IMG/VR virus record: IMGVR_UViG_3300022891_000002
Span: 64,001-128,000 of that record
From: a virus
Reading direction: 5' to 3' (one strand)
DNA length: 64,000 nucleotides
A program made the position numbers and the translations under genes. Below, one piece after another: positions 57,609-64,000 of this stretch (position 1 is the first letter of the stretch; each line of letters opens with the position of its first letter). The notes below the pieces were generated by a model. It did no database searches and had not been told where the DNA came from. It saw only the letters and a list, made by a program, of their open reading frames with translations.

Positions 57609-58403
57609 CTATTGTGCTTTTCTTGCTTTCTGTGCTTCTATAGCTGCTTCAATCTCTTTCTTGAGGTCATTAGCTACTTTGTTTAGCATTAGAATAGAGC
57701 TACCAAAGTTAACTATTTTCTTATCTACTTCTCTTCCAAGTCTAGTAGAACTTTTAATAATCTCATCTATCTTCTTGAACTTATCGCTTTCTGTAGTAGA
57801 ACCTTTACCTACATCTTCCCTAGTAAATATCCTTAGAGCTAGACCTGTATTAAGAGCAATTACCTTAACAGCAGCTCTCATACAGCTATCATTGATGTCT
57901 CTAATATCTGGATTGTAAACTGCATCATTAGTGTTACTCATTACCGGGAATAACATAGAAGGAGTTCTAAGTCCTGTAACTACATCTACTAAGTAAGGCA
58001 TAACTGCTACACCTCTATTGTCATAGTAGAGTTGGTCACTATACTCAGCAATCTCTTTCTTAAGACTCTTCTCTTTCTTCCAATCTTTCTCTTCTTTTAA
58101 GAGTTCTTGCTTTTCTACTATTAATTGTTCAAACCTGTCTTTAGCTTCCTTTTTAAGATTGTTCTCTAGTTTAAATGTAAGTAATCCACTACTATTTCTT
58201 TCAAATTCTACTACTAGATTAGGAAAATAACGCATTAGAAGATTCTTAGCAGCGCTCCAACTTAGATATTCTAGCTCTCCTTGACCAGGTTTAACGTAGA
58301 TGTGGTAAGCATAGTCGTAGTTATCGTAAGCAGCTATAAACTCTTCTTTTGAAATACTTAGATATACTGGTGTGGTTTGACTCATTTCATTCATCTTGTT
58401 CAT
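57609..58403 (-). CDS. Sak3/DUF1071-like single-strand annealing protein
   Basis: LEYLSWSAA...FP...LFPVM..N.AVYNPD..DIN.S.MRAAVK.IA..TGL.L.IF..ED. Confidence 0.75.
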   Translation of the reverse strand: MNKMNEMSQTTPVYLSISKEEFIAAYDNYDYAYHIYVKPGQGELEYLSWSAAKNLLMRYFPNLVVEFERNSSGLLTFKLENNLKKEAKDRFEQLIVEKQELLKEEKDWKKEKSLKKEIAEYSDQLYYDNRGVAVMPYLVDVVTGLRTPSMLFPVMSNTNDAVYNPDIRDINDSCMRAAVKVIALNTGLALRIFTREDVGKGSTTESDKFKKIDEIIKSSTRLGREVDKKIVNFGSSILMLNKVANDLKKEIEAAIEAQKARKAQ

Positions 58404-58431
58404 GATTTATATTATTTCCTAATGTCAACTT

Positions 58432-59847
58432 TTAAGATAGTGATTTTAAACGGTCTTGTTCTTCAACTGGTAGAAGTCTAAACACAACTTCTTTATCTCT
58501 AACAGACATTCCTTTAAATGCTTCAAATACTTCTTTCTTAGTAGTAGCAGTTTGTACTTGAACTGAGATATCCTGAAGTCTTAAATCTAACTCTTCTGCT
58601 TTGCCTAAGATACCTAAGTCTCCGTAGAGTTCTAGGATATAGTTCGGGATATAGTAGAAGTTTTTACCTTTACTTCTGTTACTCTCTAAAAAAGAACTCT
58701 CAAGTAGTCTATCTAAAGCTAACTCTAACTTTTCTAGACTTTCTACTGATAGTTGTTCTGCTATTTCCTCAATAGATAAACCTAAGTCTATTACTCCTTC
58801 TCTATTCTCTTCTTGCTTTAGTAATGTGATAATCTTAACTTCTAATGTGGTTAGGTCAGGTGTTACTCCTTCTTCTTCTAGTAACTTAAGTTCTTTTTTA
58901 AAATCAACTACAAAACTTGCACCTGTACCATCTCTAGGAGTAGTCTTTATTACCAATGATTTCTTAGAGTATTTCTCACCCTCATAGTAAGTAACATCCC
59001 AAAGCATATTAGCATTACCATCAAGAGCAGATGTACCTGATGACTTACCTCCTTTGTTATGGTGATGTAGAAGTATAATAGCTATATTCTGCCCGTTAGC
59101 GTAATCTTGTAGAAGTCCAGAGGGATTAGCCCAATCTGCACTATTTTCAGATACACTAGCAGACCTCATAGCAGCTCTTAACGTATCTACTACTATCAAA
59201 TCTACTTTATGTTTCTTAGAGAACTTCCTGACATCTCTCTTTATTTGGTCAATACCTTTAGCAATGTTAATCTGTCTAACAATGATTATCTTATCGTTTT
59301 CTATTAAGTCACGTACATCAGGATTATCATCATCATCAAATCTATTACTGAGGAATCTATTTCTTACTATAGTCATAGGTTCTTCAGCCTGATATACTAT
59401 AGTAATCCCACATCTCCTAGTAGGAAGACCTAAAAACTCCTTAGTAATGTAAATAGATTTAAGTAACGCATATATAAGTCTACTTTTACCTTGTTTAGCA
59501 GGCGCTCTTATTATAGTTACTCCAGTAGGAACTAACCTAGGAACGATAGAACCAGTTAACTCACTGTTCTTAAAGTTGATTACTTCCTTAATTGTGTAAT
59601 ACTTTTTAACGTCTAAAGTAGTGTTCCTTCTACTAAGATAGTGTCTAGTAACTGTTTGAACATCCTTTACACCTAAATTAACCCCATATATCTTGTGTAT
59701 CTTATCTAATGCGTATTCTAAATCAACTTCATCAAGAATATCTTCTTCCGCTCGTAGATGTAAATTATCTAATGCTTGAAGATACTGTTCTTTTATCTCA
59801 CTTATCTTGATATCGACTTGTATCTCTGAACTCATCTTCAAATACAC
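58432..59847 (-). CDS. AAA (RepA/SF4-like) replicative helicase
   Basis: Walker A APAKQGKS, YQAEE, Walker B LIVVDTL, LLHHHNK and GTSALDG motifs. Confidence 0.82.
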   Translation of the reverse strand: MYLKMSSEIQVDIKISEIKEQYLQALDNLHLRAEEDILDEVDLEYALDKIHKIYGVNLGVKDVQTVTRHYLSRRNTTLDVKKYYTIKEVINFKNSELTGSIVPRLVPTGVTIIRAPAKQGKSRLIYALLKSIYITKEFLGLPTRRCGITIVYQAEEPMTIVRNRFLSNRFDDDDNPDVRDLIENDKIIIVRQINIAKGIDQIKRDVRKFSKKHKVDLIVVDTLRAAMRSASVSENSADWANPSGLLQDYANGQNIAIILLHHHNKGGKSSGTSALDGNANMLWDVTYYEGEKYSKKSLVIKTTPRDGTGASFVVDFKKELKLLEEEGVTPDLTTLEVKIITLLKQEENREGVIDLGLSIEEIAEQLSVESLEKLELALDRLLESSFLESNRSKGKNFYYIPNYILELYGDLGILGKAEELDLRLQDISVQVQTATTKKEVFEAFKGMSVRDKEVVFRLLPVEEQDRLKSLS

Positions 59848-60832
59848 TCACTAGGTTACTATCAGGAAACTCAGTTATAAAATCTGCCACATCATAACCT
59901 CTCTTAAAATCTAGTCCGCACCCTATGGGCTGTAACAGTTTAGTTCTTAAATCAAATATCTTACATGGTAGTCTCATTTCCCATACTGCTTTCTGAAATA
60001 TTAATGCTTTCTGCATTCCTTTAGCGTCTAAGTCAGGTAAGTAAAGGAACTGAAGAACATTAGGTATCTTACTTCTACTAACCTCTATGACTTCTTGTAT
60101 TTTAGTAATAGATGTTGTGTAACTACCTAATAGACTCATTGCTTCTATACCTTTGTAGTTTAGGTACTCAACACATTTCTCCCCCTCAGCCACTATTATT
60201 AGTTCACTTACTAATGTTCTTTGGTTAGTAAATATAGGAAATATTCCTTCACCTATACCATTAACCCATTGATAGTTAAACACTAATATAGAAACTACTA
60301 AGTAGATACCTAGTTGAATAGACAGAGAAATTATAAGAAATTTTATGGATACACCTTCATTAAGTAACCTACCTGTCTGAGGTATAACTACTTTCTTACC
60401 ATTAGACTTAAGACGATTAATTCTCTTAGTTCTTTGGTTAGTAGAGTATTGGTATAGAACTATTCCATCTAAGTCTTGGTATTTATTGTTGAGGTCATTT
60501 AGTAAAGAGGGATTAGCTACTATACTTAGCTTTAAGTTACTTAGGTTAGGTACTGACTCTACTACTTTAGGAACTTGTTTTGCTTTAGGTACATAAGTAA
60601 TTCCTGAGTCTTGGTATATAAAAGCAGTTATCCTTTTAGTATCGCAGGTACATTTATAGTTCTTATAGTAAGAAGTTACCTTATTTATCTTAAGCCCTTT
60701 ACTTCCACATAACGGACATATATACTCCATCCATGAAGGGTACTCTTTAACAAGTTCCAGACGTTGCTCAAATAGTTCTATTACATCCACATATAACCTC
60801 CTTGGTAGTAGAGATAGTGAAGTAAGCTCCAT
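59798..60832 (-). CDS. DNA primase (Zn finger plus TOPRIM)
   Basis: CPLC..CTC; VAEGEKC; LPDLDAKG; GYDVADF; adjacent to the helicase gene. Confidence 0.78.
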   Translation of the reverse strand: MELTSLSLLPRRLYVDVIELFEQRLELVKEYPSWMEYICPLCGSKGLKINKVTSYYKNYKCTCDTKRITAFIYQDSGITYVPKAKQVPKVVESVPNLSNLKLSIVANPSLLNDLNNKYQDLDGIVLYQYSTNQRTKRINRLKSNGKKVVIPQTGRLLNEGVSIKFLIISLSIQLGIYLVVSILVFNYQWVNGIGEGIFPIFTNQRTLVSELIIVAEGEKCVEYLNYKGIEAMSLLGSYTTSITKIQEVIEVSRSKIPNVLQFLYLPDLDAKGMQKALIFQKAVWEMRLPCKIFDLRTKLLQPIGCGLDFKRGYDVADFITEFPDSNLVSVFEDEFRDTSRYQDK

Positions 60833-60875
60833 AGGTCAAAGATAACTTACAGAGCTTAGTAGATTATTTAATTAC

Positions 60876-62167
60876 TTATGTTTCTAACGAGACAATATAA
60901 GAAATACTTAAGCCTTTGTCTTCTTGCTCTTTCTTCCATTTATAGAAGTCTTTTAAAGAACATTCCGTAAACTTTTCACCCCATTCATCTTTATTTAATG
61001 TATAGCCTTCTTTTTCCTCTAATCTTTCCTCAATCCACTTAGCTGTAGGTGTTAAATAGGTTTCTTCCCAATAGTTATGCTCCTCATCTAGTAATTCTAT
61101 GTTTCCCTCAATATGGAGAATTACAGGGTAAACCTCTCTACAGTAAAACCAGTCCTTTTCTAAAGACCTTCTAGTGTAGTAATAGACATTATTCCACCAA
61201 CTCCTTTTAGAAAAACTAGAATCAAATACTGCACTTCCAAAGAAATACTTAGAATTTGAAAAGAATTGTTTAGTAGAGGTTTTAATTGCTTCCCAAAGGT
61301 AGAGTCTTAGTAGATTAGGAAAATGTGAGTATTTATCGTCAGCCCCTGTTTTTAAGTAGAAATCAATAAAAGGAGGGAACTCAGGAGTGTTGTATAATCT
61401 TAGTCTATTTCTATCTTTAGGCTCTCCCCAGAAATCATGGGGCATATAACTTACAGGAGTTACCCAAAAACCTTCACCATCAAAGTTTCTAAGTTTAACT
61501 TGAGTAGATATAACGTCTTTCATTTTTATGTCTCCAGTGATGTAATATAATAAACTTCATAACCTTTATCTATTTGTTCTTGTCTCCACTTCCAGAACTT
61601 CTCTTCAGCTACTTTATCTTCTTCCTCATCAAACGTCCAAACATGAAATCTTTCTTTTAGTCTCTCTTCTATATATAAAGAACTTGGAGGTAAGTAACCT
61701 ATATAAGAGTCATCTCCCCAACTAATGTACTTGTCTACATTTGACCAATCTACTTCTATATTTCCTTCAAGATGTAGAGTATGGGAAAAAACATCTGCTG
61801 CATAAAACCAACTATGAGTTAGTTCTCTATCTACTAGATATTTATCCCACCATTCCCAAGTTCTATTAGGAAACCAAGAATCAAAAACATTTGAACCCGT
61901 AAAACTTTGAATGTTATCTAAAAAGATGTCTACAGGAACTCTCGCTGCTTTAACTAATTTACAAAATCTAAAACACCAGAGTTGTAAATAGTGATATTTC
62001 TTAGTATACCCATCATGTTTTAACGCCCAAGGAATTCTTGGTAAAAACTCGATAGTATTGTATCTACGGAACTTACTATCTTTGTTGTGGTATTGATAAC
62101 TTACAGGAGTAATATAAAAAGCTTCTCCACCATGTAGTTTAACTTCTAGAGATATGATGTCTTCCAT
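60876..62167 (-). CDS. Tandem paralogous Trp/Tyr-rich hypothetical proteins (60876..61523, 61526..62167)
   Basis: Both have D.IS..VKL..GE.F..TPVSY...R.YNT.EF...GS.VFDS...LH.EGNIE...IEERL...F.KW..EQ.DKG....SLET. Confidence 0.65.
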
Positions 62168-62168
62168 A

Positions 62169-63041
62169 TTAAAATAAGACCTCTTCTACTACTAATTCTT
62201 CTTGCTTCTTCAACTCAATTCTGTCAGGTAGAAAGTTGTGTGTAGCTATTCTTGGATAGCCTCTCTCATCCTCAAATATTCCTAACTCTTCTTTTAGCTT
62301 TGTCCAATTAACCTTTCTTTTTGAGTAATACCCTTCAAGTAACTGTTTATATAATCCCCAGTATTTACCTAACTTTTCAGGTGAGAGATAGTAATAAGTA
62401 GTCATCTTAGGAGAAACTACTACAAGTAACGCTTTATTAGCTCTCCAAGTAAGTAGAGTAGAGAAATTAAAAGCTGCGGTATAAGCTGCTAATTGAAGGC
62501 AATAGCTTATAAGATGTTCTGGTTTCTTTGCTTTTGTAGGGTTTTTGTAATCTATTATAAATAATTCTTCTGGATTTTTGAATACTTGCTTGCTTGTCTT
62601 ATAGTAAACAAAGTCAGTAGTTTTAAGGACAGATACGTTATCTAATTTACCTCCAAAACCTATTTCTGTTTCTGGGTCTAAATAAGCAACTTTAGTTTCT
62701 AAATAAGGAGGACGATTAATAGTTACTTCTAATAAACTGTTATAACCTTGTAGATATTTAGTATCTTCATCACTAAACTTTTCTACAGTTTGAGTAAATT
62801 TAGCTCTATCAGTATGGTAATAGTAAAGAGCTTGATGTATCCGAGTACCCCTCATTCTGGCAGAAGAAGAAGTTTTATCAGCTTTTAGTGGATTCCGGTT
62901 CTTCCAATCATCTAGAAACTTCTTGTCTTCGTGATAAGCAACCACCTGAGTAACACTAGGACACTTAACTCCTTCTTCTTTACCGTTAGGAGTAATTTTG
63001 TAATATCTCTCGAACTGCGTCTTTACTAACTCAATTTTCAT
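62169..63041 (-). CDS. PD-(D/E)XK exonuclease
   Basis: PSVT, RGTRIH, E..V, GKLD, IIDYK and QLAAY motifs. Confidence 0.8.
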   Translation of the reverse strand: MKIELVKTQFERYYKITPNGKEEGVKCPSVTQVVAYHEDKKFLDDWKNRNPLKADKTSSSARMRGTRIHQALYYYHTDRAKFTQTVEKFSDEDTKYLQGYNSLLEVTINRPPYLETKVAYLDPETEIGFGGKLDNVSVLKTTDFVYYKTSKQVFKNPEELFIIDYKNPTKAKKPEHLISYCLQLAAYTAAFNFSTLLTWRANKALLVVVSPKMTTYYYLSPEKLGKYWGLYKQLLEGYYSKRKVNWTKLKEELGIFEDERGYPRIATHNFLPDRIELKKQEELVVEEVLF

Positions 63042-63741
63042 GTTTTCATTTTATTATTCTCCTTCCTCATTGTACTTCTTGTTCTATCTAGTACAGAGTC
63101 TTTGCCTAAAAATCGCTCTTCTATATAGTGAATTAAGTCTTCTATTACTCGTCTCTCATCTACACACAAGTCGAGAGCAATATCTAAAATGTTGGATTCT
63201 TCTGTGGTATTAAAGCTACCTACAAAATCAGTACATGGGAAATCAAGCTTTCGTAAAGTGTCTCTCAGCAATATAGGATTAAGTTTTCTTTGAGGATGTT
63301 TAAGGTCAAAGTCTACTCTTAAACTATTTCCGTTTCTGTGGTTAGGAATTAGGTAAATAGTTAGAGGTTTTGAATATTCAGTAATATTTTTCATTTCTTA
63401 TTTATGTACATTAAGGAAACTTCGGTATATCCAATAGCTGTAAAAGTTCGGAACAGGTTTAAGACATACTCGTTAGGTGTTTTACTTTCATAAGCAAAAT
63501 ACTCCATCATACAAATTACTACCCAATGAGGTATCTCTGAATTGTCAGTTAAAGAGTGCATTTCAAAACCAGAAGCAAGAAGTTTCTTACAAAGCGCTCT
63601 AGACCTAAACAAAAGCTTAGTAGAAATACCTAATAAATTGGAAACTTCAGATAGAGGGATAGTTACTCTACCTTCAGAATCTACCTTACTCTTTGTGAGT
63701 ACACCTTTTAACTTATCTAGAACTTCTGTATTCTTAAGCAT
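63038..63741 (-). CDS. Hypothetical proteins (63038..63394; 63391..63741, possibly DNA-binding)
   Basis: The 63391 ORF has IPLSEVSNLLGIS and IP......MEYFAYE, resembling cyanobacterial antirepressor-like proteins. Confidence 0.45.
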
Positions 63742-63760
63742 CTTTCGTACCTTAATTACT

Positions 63761-63804
63761 AAAACAACAAAATAGAGCCAGCTACCCTAGAGCAACTGAC
63801 CCTA
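63761..63804 (-). terminator. Intrinsic terminator-like hairpin
   Basis: Minus strand TAGGGTCAGTTGCT-CTAG-GGTAGCTGGCTCTA (with G-U pairs) followed by TTTTGTTGTTTT. Confidence 0.5.
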
Positions 63805-63826
63805 AAACCTAACTAACTATAAACTC

Positions 63827-64000
63827 TTAAGAAAGTAGTTCTAGTTCTTCACCTTCTACTCCCAAAGGCATCTGTTTCATTCGTTCATCCATTTTCTTAT
63901 CTTGAGAAGGAGGAATCAACTCATCAGGAGGAAAGAAAGACTCAGGAGAATCTATAATGTCTTCCACTGTTTCTTCTGTTTGAGGTTTGGCATCTCCTTT
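63827..64000 (-). CDS. 3' end of a gene running off the window (acidic, Pro-rich tail; possibly an ssDNA-binding protein)
   Basis: KGDAKPQTEETVEDIIDSPESFFPPDELIPPSQDKKMDERMKQMPLGVEGEELELLS*. Confidence 0.45.
   Translation of the reverse strand, partial: KGDAKPQTEETVEDIIDSPESFFPPDELIPPSQDKKMDERMKQMPLGVEGEELELLS

Noticed and set aside
37890-60865. TTAGTAGA / TCTACTAA near several intergenic hairpins as a phage-specific promoter
   Set aside because: TAGTAG-type words are abundant throughout coding DNA here, so enrichment cannot be claimed without counting.
1-64000. CRISPR array or cas genes, which some freshwater cyanophages carry
   Set aside because: No regularly spaced direct repeats with unique spacers were seen. 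The 62169..63041 nuclease lacks the Cas4 cysteine cluster and sits in the replication module.
1-64000. Genome-wide stop-codon reassignment
   Set aside because: Conserved enzymes are full length in the standard code, and TAA, TAG and TGA all end coupled genes. Only one isolated in-frame TGA was found.

Overview
AT-rich segment of a large tailed dsDNA bacteriophage, probably a siphovirus-type cyanophage. The host is inferred from several small genes that resemble cyanobacterial antitoxin, ImmA and AlkB proteins, and from a cyanophage-type ribonucleotide reductase. The + strand carries the virion genes: the C-terminal part of a tape measure protein, tail and fibre proteins, and a DUF935-like portal. 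These are repeatedly interrupted by - strand islands. The - strand carries replication and nucleotide metabolism genes (PD-(D/E)XK nuclease, primase, AAA helicase, Sak3-like annealing protein, divergent PolA, NrdA/NrdB, dUTPase, ThyX), two tRNAs and more than 80 small accessory ORFs. Main observations: (1) a divergent SF2-helicase-like gene is bracketed by 60-bp bipartite sites arranged like attL/attR, and a second diverged copy shares its upstream non-coding sequence; this is a candidate new mobile or origin element. (2) About 15 genes carry a HicB-like antitoxin domain, and there are orphan HigA, BrnA/DUF2442, DUF2281, NADAR-like, small alarmone hydrolase and Acb2/Tad1-like genes, with no recognisable toxin; this is a candidate decoy-antitoxin counter-defence arsenal. 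(3) One tRNA has an 8-nt anticodon loop. (4) An A9 -1 frameshift would fuse two ORFs. (5) A sulfotransferase is fused to a GT2 glycosyltransferase. (6) PolA has substitutions at the steric gate and in motif B. All family assignments come from motif recognition by eye; no database searches were run.
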